NCBI GenBank assembly: GCA_964016885.1 | Contig: OZ024741.1 | Span: 399,528,001 to 399,592,000 of the forward strand | Direction: 5' to 3' | From: Eledone cirrhosa | Lineage: Eukaryota | Length of the DNA stretch: 64,000 nucleotides | The notes under the pieces: generated by a model | Database searches by the model: none | What the model was told of the DNA's origin: nothing | The model's input: the letters and a program-made list of their open reading frames with translations, nothing else | In this document: positions 35,870 to 50,021 of the stretch, piece by piece | Layout of the letters: each line of letters starts with the position of its first letter | How positions within the stretch are numbered: the first letter of the stretch is position 1 | Translations under genes and position numbers: made by a program

Positions 35870-37890
35870 GGGCGGTGAATTGGCAGTATCGGTAGAGGGT
35901 CGGACGCCATGCTTTGCAGCATAGAGTTACGGCCCTTTATGATCTAAGTTCAAATCCCGCTGAGGTTAACTTTCCCTTTCATCCTTACGGGGTCGATAAA
36001 ATAAAGTACTAGTCACGTACTGGAGTCGGTTTAATCGACCTTCCCCTCCCCCAAAATTACTGGCCTTGTGCCTATACTAGAAATCATTAATTAACCAACA
36101 GACTTTTAAGGAGAATTAATGATGATTTGACGCTACTCGGTTAACTATTCTCAAGAGATAGAAATCTGTTTATATACGGAGATTCTATTTCCAAAGAAAC
36201 AATATGTCAAACATTAACATGAACGATATTTCAGTAACCTGGGAACTACTTACAACACAGAAACATTCATATACATATGTACATACATACATACATACAT
36301 ACATACGCATAGACATGCATATACACATAGACACACGTACACACTTACACACACACACTCGTAGACATGCATGCATATATACACAAGAAGAAGAAGAAGA
36401 GGTGAGATCTCGAGCCTAGCCAACATTAATATTATTTATATATTCAACCCTTTCCTGAAATATTTCATATAATTCTTGGAAATAAAAAAATGTGGAAGTG
36501 TTTAGCAACAGAATTAACTTTCTCATTAAGTTGTTGGACGTCTTTCAGCCGTACGGGGTTGATTAAATAAAGTAGTAGTAATGTATTGGCGTCGATTTAA
36601 TCAACTTTCCCCTCCCTCAAAATTGGTGGTCTTGTGTCTAAACCAGAAACCCTTAATAAGCTGGTGTTTAAAGCGGTGGATTGCACCTAAATCGCAAAAC
36701 ATTATTTTAGAATTGGCAGTATCGGTAGTAGAGGGTCGGACGCCATGCTTTACAGCATAGAGTTATGGCCCTTTTCGTTCTGAGTTTAAATCCCGCCATG
36801 GTTAGCTTTGCCTTTCATCCTTACTGGGTCGATAAAATAAAGTACCAGTAATGCACTGGGATAATTGCTGGCGTTGTGCCAAAAGTAGAAACAATTATTT
36901 TAAGGGTAATGGTTTGGCAATATCGGTAGAGAGTCGGACAACATGTTTTGTACCATAGAGTTGCGTCTCTTTACGTTCTGAGTTCAAATCTTACCGAAGT
37001 TAGCTTTACCTATCATCTTTACGGGGTTGATAAAATAAAGTACCAGTAACTCACTAGGGTTGATTTAATCGACTATCCAGTTTAAATAAAATTGCTGGAC
37101 TTGTACCAGAAATATAAATATTTTTTAAGCTGGTATATGAAACATCATGGTTCTTATATAAAATTATTATGAAAGATCCCGAGTCTCGTCAAATCGGACT
37201 GTGGAAACAATATTTCCATTGGTCTTTCCAATTGCTGATACTATTTACCGGTCGCAAATCCAGACAGAAGGGGAAACGTGTAATAAAATGTCTCGCTCAA
37301 GGATATAACACATCTACAGGTCCAAGAATCGAACTCGCAACTGCGAATCTAATTCGCTAACCACTCATCCACACGCCTTCACACATAGATAAATATAAAC
37401 AGTTTAATATAAAGTTTTGTCATAAAGAACGAGGGGTAATTTCACGCGGTTTGATGTTAAAATAGGTTAATAAAGAAATATACCAAAATTCCGGTTAGAG
37501 ACGCTGACATGTCAGATTGCTAGAATTACAATTTAATGAACAGAGATGAAAAGAATAGAAAACAATTTCTCCTGGAATTCATTAAATGTGAGATGATTTA
37601 AAGAAATATAGTACTGAGAGACATATTGTCGCTTCTCTCAAGAAAATAATTTATCAATTAAAATGACCAGTGTAATGTGATGGCTGTATCGGTAGAGCGC
37701 CGGACATCGCGTTTCGCAGCATAGAGTTACGGCACTCTATGTTCTGAGTTCAAATCCCGTCGAGTTTAGTTTTACCTTTCATCCTTACGGGGTCGATAAA
37801 TAAAGCAGCAATAATACACTGGGATCGATTTAATCAACTTTCTCCTCCTCTTCAAATTGCTGGCCTTGTGCCTAAAGTAGAAATCACCAT
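35870..37890 (+). mobile_element. Cluster of SINE family A copies (about 35870-36085, 36545-36655, 36710-36900, 36905-37125, 37680-37890)
   Basis: Repeated TGGCAGTATCGGTAGAG..GAGTTCAAATCCCG..GCCTTTCATCCTTACGGGGTCGATAAAATAAAGTACCAG. Confidence 0.85.
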
Positions 37891-37962
37891 TTGGTCAAAG
37901 ACATTTCTATTCCGAAATAGAATTCCAGTGGTAAAGTATATAAAATATATTGCAACACAAAT

Positions 37963-38465
37963 GTTAGTAAGCGAGGGGTGAGGGACGATTATTCGGTAAG
38001 GCCAGGTGATAGCTAATGTTCTAAAACAACCATACTCCCTCAATGATATAACCTTAGTATGGCATGGTGATGGCGAGGTTAAGGTGTTGGAACAGCCAAG
38101 CACCCTCAAGGGCTTCACCTAACACTTAGTAAGGTGAACCGCCAATAGATTGTACAGTTCGTATACTATATATGGCAATACCGGGAATTATCAAATAACT
38201 GTTTTTCCAGCCTTTGGCGTTCGAGGTGTTTGGTGGAGCTGGGCCGCTGTCAGCGAAGTTCTTGTCATTGTTGGCGGCTCACCTTACCGAGGTGTTAGGT
38301 GATGCCCTTGGGGGTGCTTGGCTGTTCCAACACCTTAACCTCGCCATCACCAGGCCATACTGAGGTTTTAGGTGATACCGTTGAGGGAGCATGGTTGTTT
38401 TAGAACCTTAGCCACGCTATCACCTGGCCTTACCGAATAATCGTCCCCCACCCCTCGCTTACTAA
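37963..38465. mobile_element. CRE-like 3' end present as an inverted duplication
   Basis: Arms about 37963-38146 and 38270-38465; right side reads EVFGGAGPLSAKFLSLLAAHL..WLFQHLNLAI. Confidence 0.65.
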
Positions 38466-38759
38466 TTTTTCAGATTTTTTCTAATCCCCCCACCCGCACC
38501 CGCGCACCCGCTTATTAAATGTTGCTAATCTATCTCCGGCGAACTTTTATTTCCATTTTCTTTAGACATTAAAATAAATCATCCATGATAAAAAAAAGTA
38601 CATTAATAGAAATCCCATAGGTTATAAAATAAATAGGTTAGGTTGGGGTCTCAATATGTAAACTAAATGACTAATTCGTTTGTTTTTTTTGTAATTCAAC
38701 GGAGACAATTTTGAAACGTTACCGATTTTCCAAACCCCAACATTTCCTTTGAGCAAAAC

Positions 38760-38930
38760 AGTATACTCAGCTGAAAATGAATACCAGTAAATGCTGGAGA
38801 TTTAACTCTGCAATGGACTGGTGTCCTCTCCAGGGGATAGGGACTCTTGTACTCTCAGTCGCTTCACGCCACGACACCGGGATAAGCACCGGTCTAACGA
38901 GCCTTCTAGCCTGAGACAGACTCTATACTT
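38760..38930 (+). mobile_element. V-SINE-like 3' half
   Basis: CTGCAATGGACTGGTGTCC..CCAGGGG..CAGTCGCTTCACGC..ACCGGGATAAGCACCGG. Confidence 0.55.
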
Positions 38931-39014
38931 AAGACATAGACCTGGGACCTGAGAGTATAATCAATGATTACATAAATCTAAACATTGAAACAGGTGTACG
39001 TTTCAACTGTGTGC

Positions 39015-39051
<37 letters not shown>

Positions 39052-39405
39052 TTGATAGGATATTTCCGAAAGCGAACGAAACCCTAAGGGTAGAAACGTA
39101 ATCCTGGTATGTGTATATGCATTTTTTCTTCTAACTTTAATTTTATACCTAATTGTGTATGGTTGACGATATATTTAATCGATTTCCACGTGCTATTGAA
39201 ATGATGGGTAAATATGGCTGTTGATCGCGAATAAATGGCTATCGTTTATTTATCTGTTATTTCTTCATAGGTGCCTTTTAATCTTATAGCCTGGTTTAAT
39301 TGTTTTTTTGTGTAGTTGATTATGCTAATTGGGAGAGGAAATTGAGTATATATCTTATCAAATGTTTCTAAGGATATAATTTATAGTATATAGTAATATA
39401 GTAAT

Positions 39406-39546
39406 ATATATAGTAATATGGACGAAACAAGAGAAAGACCCCTTTGTCAGCTGTTAACTGCAGAGCCTAGATGTTTTAGCGCTTATGCTCTGCAGTTAAC
39501 AGCTGACGAAGGGGTCCTTTCTTGTTTCGTCAATATTACTATATAT
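39406..39546. repeat. Short inverted duplication (about 60-bp arms)
   Basis: Arms 39406-39467 and 39487-39546; contains CTGACGA and GACGAAAC words. Confidence 0.8.
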
Positions 39547-39819
39547 ATATATGGCGCGAAACTTATTTTAATACCTCTGGAGCTACTTTTTTCACATAAA
39601 AACAGGTAGAATTTCCAAAACTAATCAGATTAGAGCAAACATCACGGGCGCTCTATCTGAAAATTATTTTTGAAAAGCATTAGAAATGCGCAACCGGTAA
39701 AACTTAAAACCAAAACCGAATACTAACCAATACTATTACTAATTTTCACTTATTCCTAATTAAACTATTTTTCACTGTGAACAATTGGTCAGCATTTTCT
39801 TGTGTGTGTGTGTGTGTGT

Positions 39820-39920
<101 letters not shown>

Positions 39921-39984
39921 TGAGCATAATGGAATAAAATTCCCATTGTCACTGTCTGCGTCTCTCGCGCTCTCCTCATCTCTC

Positions 39985-40338
39985 ACAATTATGAGCAAAT
40001 GGGGGTCCATGCTCTGGCCACCCGCAGCCCCATCGGATAGAATAGAGAAGGCGTTTCCCCGGAGGATGGCGAGGGAGACGCGTTGGAAAAGCCATTACAA
40101 GTCGCGAGGCTCACACCTGTGGGTAACCAACTCTGTGCCGATGGTGGTGGGTAGGGAAGTGGTCCTAGGGCCAAGGACATCATACGTCTTCCACAGCATG
40201 GTGGTGAGTAGGGGGGGGGGGGGTTCTATGGTCAAGGGTGTCAGAAGTTTCCACTGGTTCGGGTCGCCAACTCTGTACTGATGATGATGAGTAGGGAGGT
40301 GGTCCTAGGGCCAAGGACATCAGAAGTCTCCACTACTA
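39985..40338 (-). mobile_element. CRE-like RLE 3' remnant with internal duplication
   Basis: Similar to reverse complement of 23800-23990; GTAGGGA(A/G)GTGGTCCTAGGGCCAAGGACATCA at about 40150 and 40290. Confidence 0.65.
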
Positions 40339-40605
40339 AAACATTGAAACAAAACATACAGTTTAAAAGACAAAGGCTTTCCAGTGAGTGTAAGTCAGCA
40401 GATTTTCCTTATCTTATAACGTTTCCTATATTTACTGAACGCTGTAACGACTGGCTAAATTCTATTTCTGACATAAGAGAAAGGTTTAATAGCTGACTTA
40501 GGGAAAATATAATGTGGGTCATTATTATCGTACTGTTAAATATACAGCTCCGTGTATTTCATGATTTACTGCACACACACAAATATATCCCTCCATATAT
40601 ATGTA

Positions 40606-40671
<66 letters not shown>

Positions 40672-40674
<3 letters not shown>

Positions 40675-40862
40675 CGAAGGAAATGTGGTAAGGAACCAGG
40701 TGGACCATAACGCACCAAAGTACTCAATACTTGAGGTAGTAGAGTGGGTAATAGGAACCAGTAAGACCCCGACAGCTGAGCTCAAGCCGTTTCGACGGCT
40801 AATTCCAGAATTAGCCGTCGAAACGGCTTGAGCTCAGCTGTCGGGGTCTTACTGGTTCCTAT
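40672..40862. repeat. Second palindromic copy of the 24551 family
   Basis: Arms 40751-40805 and 40809-40862; near-identical to 24551-24758 in the opposite orientation. Confidence 0.8.
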
Positions 40863-40886
40863 ATATATATATATATATATATATAT

Positions 40887-40961
<75 letters not shown>

Positions 40962-41092
40962 CCATTTATCTGAAACACGTGACACTGTTCACGCGTAATA
41001 AATAATTTCTACGACGATAAAAGAAATCCTGTTTCTATCTCACAATATCAAATGGTAAGGTCCTGTTTATTTTACAGTCCCGAGATACACCC

Positions 41093-41336
41093 TACATGGT
41101 CTCTATTGACAACACATGGTGTCCATTGACAACACATAGTCTCCATTGACAACACCCCACATGGTCTCTATTGACAACACATGGTCTCTACTGACAACAC
41201 TCTACATGGTCTCTATTGACAACACATGGTCTCTACTGACAACACCCCACATGGTCACTATTGACAACACATGGTCTCTATTAACAACACATGGTCTCTA
41301 CTGACAACACTCTACATGGTCTCTATTGACAACACT
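41093..41336. repeat. Minisatellite with 20/26-bp units, ACATGGTCTCTATTGACAAC
   Basis: About 11 tandem units, some carrying a 6-bp insert. Confidence 0.9.
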
Positions 41337-41874
41337 ACCCAGGATACCTAGTAATTCATTAGCTCGATATTTGGCTGTCATTGACCCAAAATATTGTCAA
41401 GTTAATACATTTCTTTACTCTATTTGAAGAAAGTTCATTGTCATTGCGACCATGGTCAAATATTCCTGACACTCGACACAATCCACGATATATCCATTGC
41501 TCCTGGAGTTATATATATATTGTTAGTGGAGTTATATATATATATATATATAATAGGAAAATGTTCAAGACCCCGACGGCAGGGCTGAAGCCGTTTCGGC
41601 GGTTATTTCAGTCCAGAAATACTACCCAAATTATTGAGTACTCTGGTGCGATATGCTCCACCTGGTTCTTTACCACACTTCCTTCGTTTGTTTACATGTC
41701 TCACTCGCTTCACCCTATTTTACGTGTCCCAATAACTTTCTTTAGTTATTGCTCGCACCAACCAGAGGTATATGGTCTTTAAAGCGAAGAAATAGCAATG
41801 AAGGCTGGAATATCACTGATGAAGGACTAATTGTATTCATATGTAACCCATGTGCAACCACGCAGCACGCCATT

Positions 41875-41966
<92 letters not shown>

Positions 41967-42076
41967 GTATGTATATGAATGTATGTATAGTAGATTTGGC
42001 AATATACCGTATGTTTAATTAAAAACGGTATATTGCCAAATATACTATACATACATATTTCAGAGCACCAATCCTA

Positions 42077-42149
<73 letters not shown>

Positions 42150-42154
<5 letters not shown>

Positions 42155-42671
42155 AGGAAGTTATAGTTCACTTGAAGCATTGTGTAATGAGGTATAAACG
42201 TTTGTATATGTATAATAAAGCCAAAACAATGCAGGTATGGACATAGAATAAAGAATGCAAATGCAAAAGATATTGTTGACAAATAGTCTTTTACCTTAGA
42301 TTTATTTAAATGTCCTTAATTTTCGAGATAATATCTCTTCTTCAGAGGGAAGTAAAGCGGTTAAACCAGTGTTATAAATAGCTTCCCAAGTCATGCTGAC
42401 AGGAAATGGTATAGAGTATCTGTTCTATCTCTAATATCAAAGAGTTAAAGTTTGGTGGATAAAGAGTAGTCTCCCTTTAAAAGGGTTTTTTTTTTGTTTG
42501 TTTTGTACATGCCTGTTTAAGTGTGTGGGAGAATTCGTGAATGTGTAAGTATGTGTGTGTGAGTGTGCGAAGACATGTCTATACGTAAATGTGGGGGATA
42601 GATGTTATCTCGTGTTAGAACTGGTCTTTGTGTGTGTATGTGTGTGTGTAAGAGAGAATAAGTGGAGGTGT

Positions 42672-42706
<35 letters not shown>

Positions 42707-43010
42707 TGTGTCTGTGTGTGTGTGTGCGTGTGTGTAGGAGGGGGGTGTAAATATGGGGCTAGATGCTCTATCAAGTTATAAATTGGGTGTTGAGTTCTAG
42801 TCTATTATTGATTGGTGGTTGTGTTTTGTCTATAATTAGTGATTCCTTAATTCTAAGATTGCTGAGGTTTCTTTCCTTAGTTTCTATCCTAACTGTTATG
42901 GTTTTGTCGGTGTTTTTGCATTTCACTAGGTGTTTCTTAAATGAGGAAGCGTTAGTATTGAGGTGTTCTTTTATTCTTATGCGCAGTGGTCTGGTGGTGC
43001 TACCTACATA
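42150..43010 (-). mobile_element. Penelope-like element 3' end: GIY-YIG C-terminal half, UTR and HHR
   Basis: 43010->42771 translates YVGSTTRPLRIRIKEH..LRIKESLII..QPPINNRLE*; HHR cct-CTGAAGA-agagat att atctc-GAAAATTA-agg at 42314-42348. Confidence 0.8.
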
Positions 43011-43373
43011 TTTGGAAATATACTGTATGTTTAATTAAAAATATTGAGAAGACTATTCGCTATGAGTTTTAAAGTAGTGACTTTATTCTCGGTAAAAACA
43101 ACAGAGAACGGCCGACAGACAGTCAATTTCTCGCTCGTGTGCGTTTATCAAGACCACACACTCAGTTGCCTTTGTCAAGAATTATAGAGGGTAGATTCTT
43201 ATTGAATTCCAGTAATAATACAGAGCGATTGCCAGTCCAATATATATATATATATACATATATACATTTTAGTCAGCGCGTCAATATATATATATATATA
43301 CATTTTAGTCAGCGCGTCACTCATCAATACATGTAATGAAAATTTGACACCTCGTCCATATTATTATTATAAC

Positions 43374-43477
<104 letters not shown>

Positions 43478-43598
43478 AGCTCTCTCTCTCTCTCCCGCTC
43501 CCTATTTCGTGACGAAGGAAATCCGACACCTCCTCTAACTCTTTCTAAGTCTGATCTTAATAGGATTGTGGTGTTTCATCTCTGTTGGTGTTATTTCT

Positions 43599-43683
<85 letters not shown>

Positions 43684-43742
43684 GTGTTTCTGTAGGAAGG
43701 GTAAAGGAAAGGAGAGTGCTCTATGTAAGCTACAGAGCTATT

Positions 43743-43947
43743 TAGTTATGTAATAAACAACATAAGACAATTATTCTATTTACCAAAGGTTTCACGAAGA
43801 CAGACGAGCTAGACACAGACGTCTGAAATCGCTCATCAGAATCTTAATGATCTGATGAGCGATTTCAGACGTCTGTGTCGAGCTTGCCTGTCTTCGTGAA
43901 ACCGTTGGTAAATGGAATAATTGTCTTATGGTGTTTATTACATAACC
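43743..43947. repeat. Inverted duplication with an HHR core on each strand
   Basis: Arms 43743-43840 and 43851-43947; CTGATGA-gcga..tcgt-GAAAC cgttg GTA; another copy on the minus strand at about 52995-53070. Confidence 0.8.
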
Positions 43948-44023
43948 ATCCTGCTATATCAAGCATTAACCTATTATATCCCTTCCATATACTGTACCGA
44001 TTGTGTTGTTATTTCTGTTTCCC

Positions 44024-44111
<88 letters not shown>

Positions 44112-44114
<3 letters not shown>

Positions 44115-44552
44115 GAGGTTAAACAAGGTTCAATGAATAAATCAAAGAATGAGTTTTACAATAGATTGGAAGCACTCAACAGGAAAGGTTTTCCGGAGTT
44201 ATTAATATTAATTCAAAATATTAACAAAATAGATATTCTTGTGATCAAGTATATTTTATTATACATATTTCAGAGGTACTGAGTTAACTTCAACAGTACG
44301 TTCTCATCAGATAAAATAAGATGTCAGGGTATGTCATGCATCATCTTATTTTATCTGATGAGGACGTACTGTTGAAGGAAGCTCAGTACCTCTGAAATAT
44401 GTATAATAAAATATACTTGATCACAAGAATATCTATTTTGTTAATATTTTAAATTGATATTAATAACTCCGGAAAACCTTTTTTGTTGAGTGCTTCCAAT
44501 CTATTGTAAAACTCATTCTTTGATTTATTCATTGAACCTTGTTTAACCTTTA
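44112..44552. repeat. Inverted duplication (about 210-bp arms) with two divergent HHRs
   Basis: Arms 44112-44324 and 44342-44552; attttat-CTGATGA-..-GAAATATGTATA-ataaaat at 44348-44412 and its mirror at about 44254-44317. Confidence 0.85.
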
Positions 44553-45139
44553 AATATATATATATATGGTTTGCTAATTTGTTGTGGAACTAACTATCTG
44601 TGTATCTGTATGTATGTGTATGTATGTGTGTGAGTGTGTATGCGTGTGAGTATGTGTATGTGTGTGTATGCGTGTGTATGTGTGAGTGTGTATATATGTG
44701 TGTGAGTGTGTATGTGTGAGTGTGTATGTGTGTGTATGTGTGTGTATATATGCGTATATATATATTAGAAACTGCTAACTGATCTGTATATAAACGAACG
44801 TTGTATTTCCTTGCAGTGTTAATATTTAAATCATCAAAACATAAATATACGAGAGATAAGACTCCAGCCGAGCATATTATCTGACTTCACCTGTGAGAGG
44901 TCTGGCAACGATAGTATTATGTTCACACATCCAGCTAGGCTTTCTATGTTATGGAAAACTGCAGCGTCTGGGTTTTGGACAATTAATATGGAAGATATTG
45001 ACATGCAGTTTTCTGGGTGATAAGTTAACATCGTTAGAGTTGCAGGCGAAGAAAATATTTATTTAATTATTTTAATAGCATCTAAACAGTTGAAATGTTG
45101 TGACTGTTTCTCTTCTTCAGCTTTACGTAAAGAAATATC

Positions 45140-47860
45140 ATTGTTTCTACTTTTGGCACAAGGCCAGCAATTATTCCAGTACATTACTGGTACTTTATTT
45201 TATCGACCTCGTAAGGATGAAAGGCAAAGTTAACCTCGGTGGGATTTGAACTCATAACGTAAAGGGCCATAACTCAATGCTGCAAATCAAGGTGTCTGAC
45301 GCTCTACCAATATTGCCAATCCACATAATTATTTCCAGTAGAGGCACAAGGCCAATAATTTGGGGGGAGGGGAAAGTTGATTAAACTGGTACTTTATTTT
45401 ATGGACCCCGTAAGGATGAAAGGCAAAGTTAACCTCGGCGGGATTTGAACCCAGACAATAAAGGGCCGTAACTCTATGCTGCAAAGCATGGTGTCTGACC
45501 CTCTACCGATACTGCCAATCCACCACCCTGTATAATATTATATAATGAGAATATATATAAGATGTGTAACAAGAGACTAGTTGATTGTATCGGTAGAGCA
45601 TCGAACAAGTTTTGTGGTATATAGTTACATCCCTTTACGTTCTGAGTATAAATCAAGCTGAGGTTAGCTTTGCTTTTTATCCTCCCGTGGTCGATAAAAT
45701 AAAGTACCAGTGATGCATTGGGGTCGGTTTAATCGATTTTCCCTTCTCTTCAAAGTGTTGGCCTTGTGTCAAAAGCAATTATTTATAGCTATATGAAAGA
45801 GAGTGTTTGATTGTATCGGTAGAGCGTCGGACAACATGCTTTAGGGCATATAGTTATGGCCCTTTACATTCTGAGTTCAAATCCCACCGAGGTTAGCTTT
45901 GTCTTTCATCCTTCCGAGGTCGATAAAATAAAGTACCAGTATTGCACTGAGTCGGCTTAACCGACCCCCCCCCCTCTTAAATAGCTGCCCATGTGTCAAA
46001 AGCAGAAACAATTATTTATAACTCAATAGTAAGATAATTAAACTACTTGAAAATGTTGGTGTAAGATAATCTAAACCTTTGAATTCAGTTTATTTCTATA
46101 CCTGAAGCTTCCTCATAACTTAAGCCTCTGCCATGTTGAACGACTCCTCCCGAGATTAAAATATCTCCACACAAACTTTCACACTAAATTTGAATCAATA
46201 TTTCTTTACGGAACATTTTACAAAATTAGACACCCGAAAATTGTGAAACCCTTGATATATGAAAGAAATAAGGGTACAATTTAAGGGGCGATGAAAGTGG
46301 GTTTGTCAATTAAATTATCCCAGTGTTTCACTGGTATTTATTTTATCAATCTCAGGAAGGACGAAGGAAACATTGACCTCAAGAAGATTTGAATCCTGAA
46401 CTGTGACCTGAAAATAGCTGACATTGATTTCATTAGGAAAATCGATTTCTGATTTAGGCACAAGGCCAACAATTTGGGGGAGATGCGAAAGTTGATTAAA
46501 TCGACCCCAGTACTTTATTTTATCGACCCTGTTAGGATGAAAGGCAAAGTGAACCTCAGCGGGATTTGAACACTGAACATAAAGGGACATAACCTTATGT
46601 CGCAAAGCACAGAGAAGAAACCCCACCTCAAGCAAGTATTTCAGCCCTTCAGAGCAGATTTTGATGAAGATTAACTATATAGGAACAGAATACTAACAAA
46701 AAGTAAGGAACTACAATTTTAACAAACAGTTGCCTGTTTATATTCCTCTTCGGCAACTGTTGTATCCTGGTAATACTGAAGAGGTTAACATGCTTTAATA
46801 ATAATGGTTTCTGATTTAGACACAAGGCCAGCAATTTGGGGAGAGGGGAAAGTCGATTAAATCGACCCCAGTGTGTTACTGGTACTTTATTTAATTGACC
46901 CTGTAAGGAAGAAAGGCAAAGCTAACCTCGGCTGGATTTGAACTCAGAACGTAAAGGGCCATAAACTCTATATTGCAAAGCATGGTGTCGGGCGCTCTAC
47001 CGATTACTGCCAGTCCACCGCACTAGTTATCATTAGGAATATTAAATATATTTCATGGCAGAAGTAAAATAGTGAGATCATGTGAGGGACGCTACTGAAT
47101 TGCTCGACCTGCTAAAAACAATAGCCAAATACCCTCAAACCACTCCACGTCGTCTAGAAAAAGGGATAAATACATTTAGTTGCTTCTTCCTTTGGCACAA
47201 GGCCAGCAATTATTCCAGTGCATTACTGGTACTTTATTTTATCGATCCCCGTAAGGATGAAAGGCAAAGTTAACCTTGGCGGGATTTGAACTTAGATCAT
47301 AAAGGGACGTAACTACGCTGGAAAGTATGTTGTCCGACCCTCTACCGATAATACCAATCCACCACCTTATTCATATAGGGATAAATACATTTAGGGACAT
47401 TATCCTAGAAATACTATGTATGAAAAATATTATGGACCAGCCATAGTTGAAATATTTATAACTGATCTGGAGTTAAACAATAATGACTGATATTAACCAC
47501 GAGTGGCTTAGTGGTTAGAGAAGTGGATTCACAATTGAGAGGTTGTGAGTTCGATTCCCGAGCCGGGCGATGTGTTATGTCCTTCAGCAAGACACTTTAT
47601 TTTATGTTGCTCCTTTGCTCCTTCTGCCAGGCGTTGGGACCGGTATACAATATTGGTTTCTTATATAGGCACAAGGCCAGCAATTTTGGGGGAGGGGAAA
47701 GTCGATTAAATCGACACGAGTGCGTGACTGGTACTTTATTTTATCGACGCCGTAAGGATGAAAGGCAAAGTTAACCTCGGCGGGATTTGAACTCATATCA
47801 TAAGGGGCCGTAACTCTATGCCACAAAGCATGCCGTCTGACCCTCTACCGATACTGCCAA
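45140..47860. mobile_element. Cluster of about nine SINE family A copies in both orientations, plus a SINE B head at 47500-47610
   Basis: Repeated core TTTATCGACCCCGTAAGGATGAAAGGCAAAG(T/C)TAACCTCGGCGGGATTTGAACTC or its complement. Confidence 0.85.
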
Positions 47861-48210
47861 TATAATATTAGCAATTGGATAGACCAATGGAAACATTTCT
47901 CCTTGGTCCGATTTGACGCGTTCAACCTCACTTGGTAAGCGAATGAGGCCTGGGTCCTTATCAATTCGCATCATATAAAACCTATTGGAAGGGTGATATA
48001 TATAACTTGTTTGTCTAACTCTAACGGGTCGTAACGTGCATTGGCGTAAACCTCGAGTTGCAGGAAAAAACTTCAGTTTAAATAATACGTATATATATAT
48101 GATACAGAAGCGAAAACCAACCAAACAGTGAGTGTGTTCTGTTATTATTTCTGGCAAGATTATCACAACAATATGACCCTCCCCAAGTATAACAATATAT
48201 ATATATATAT

Positions 48211-48466
48211 CACCACCGGATCCTGTTACCCGGAGACTTACCAATCTGCATTGCTGAGGCTTCCAAAACGACCAAAAGAAAATAAATCTTATTATTCCAC
48301 AATGCTTCAAGCAAACTTCAATACTCTCTTATATATATATATATATAAGAGAGTATTGAAGTTTGCTTGAAGCATTGTGGAATAATAAGATTTATTTTCT
48401 TTTGGTCGTTTTGGAAGCCTCAGCAATGCAGATTGGTAAGTCTCCGGGTAACAGGATCCGGTGGTG
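48211..48466. repeat. Perfect palindrome, about 120-bp arms around an (AT)n centre
   Basis: caccaccggatcc...ctctcttatata / tatataagagag...ggatccggtggtg. Confidence 0.9.
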
Positions 48467-49360
48467 AAGAGAGAGATGTAAGGCAATGTAGAATGAAATG
48501 TATAGTATGTAGAGGAACGTAGGAAAGAGCGTAAAAAATTAAAATAATAACACGAGATAGAGTTACCATGGGAGAGATTTAATTGTCCCTATATTTCGGA
48601 TTCGCATCCATCTGGATTGTTGACGCTTCCAAAACGACCAAAAGAAAATAAATCACATATATATATATGTGTGTGTGTGTGTTGTGTGTTTCTGTCATCC
48701 ATGTAAATCGATGAAAGATGTAAACATCAACGAGAAAAATCAGAGAATATAATCTTGTTTTTTATTTGTTCTACCCTGACTTAAACACACCCATATCACT
48801 CACTGTCGGAGAACACAACCATTGATTAAACTGTTGGATAGCTTTAGACAATGTTGTTAGTATTCACATTTCGATATAAAATGTAGAAATACATGAATAT
48901 ATATATATTTGTAGTATGGTTGCTTGGATGCGTCCATAGGCGGTATGCCAGTTGAGCACTCTATGCTCTTTCGGAGCAGAGTATGATGATATGGAAAACG
49001 AAGAATCAGTGATGCATCGAAACACAATATATTACATATTACAATTGTTTCTCCGGCGAACAGCTCGAAGTGCGATCTGTTTGTAGATCGAACCTGACTC
49101 TGGATTCGCAAGTTGCTCGGATACGTCTAGTGATTTCGAAGCAAATTCTCTTTTTTTTCCATCTTTGTGATTTTTTTTTCACTTTTATTCCTTTCCTTTT
49201 TCTTTTTGTACTTGTGAGTTTTATATCGGATAATATTTGATTCGTTTGCAAGCGGTGACAGAGAGAACATAGGCAAAAAAATAGGATGGCGATGGTCATC
49301 TAAAAAAACATAGCGTAATGAGGCTGTTGGCTTGCAAACTAACCGAATATTATTATTTTC

Positions 49361-49986
49361 GATAGCCGAATTACCCGGGCCTTGTTGCGTTTCACACATT
49401 CTTTTTTTGTAAGAAAATGATGATTGATCAGTGATATAATTTATGGAGAAAAACTCTGCATTTCAATATTACACAATGTAAAATGTAATGCATGAAAAAG
49501 TGGCAAACATTATTTTTTGTAATATATCAAATGAAAATTACATTATTAAATCTTTTTTCAAAATATCAATTCAAAACTTTTGTGAATAGGCATCATATCT
49601 TGTCATTTACCTATGGTTTAAATTTCATATAAATCGAAGGAAAAACATTTTCAGCGGCGGTTTGTGTCCCCAGGAACCCCAATAGGGGTTTAACCCCCAT
49701 TAGGGTTTCTTAATATTATTGAAATTTGCTGAAATTTTGTGAATAGACATCATATCTTGTCATTTACGTATGGTTTAAATTTCATATAAATCGAAGGGAA
49801 AAAAATTTCAACGGGGGTTTTCAGCGCGGGTTTGTTTCCCCCGGGGAACCCTTTGATTAAAATGAAATATACTTATCCAAGTACCCTGGGCAATGTAGTT
49901 TCATATATTCATATATGGTTATGGGGGCCTATCTCCCAAACCATAGGAGGAGTTCGTGAACAAACAAACAAACAGACAGGAATACA

Positions 49987-50000
<14 letters not shown>
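49361..50000 (-). mobile_element. Non-autonomous Helitron-like element with internal ~160-bp tandem duplication
   Basis: TATATATAAAG 5' end, (TTTG)n subterminal repeat, GC-rich 3' end ..GCCCGGGTAATTCGGCTA; 49575-49680 repeated at 49735-49850; terminal CTAG imperfect. Confidence 0.5.

Positions 50001-50021
<21 letters not shown>

Noticed and set aside
41093-41336. CRISPR-like array of 20-bp repeats
   Set aside because: Units are contiguous with no unique spacers, no cas genes, eukaryotic context; a minisatellite
44815-45050. Host exon
   Set aside because: Unique-looking sequence, but the plus-strand acceptor leads to early stops in all frames and no product is recognisable on the minus strand
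47500-47575. tRNA gene (also 59185-59255 and SINE A heads)
   Set aside because: tRNA-like heads run into SINE cores; no complete cloverleaf or terminator
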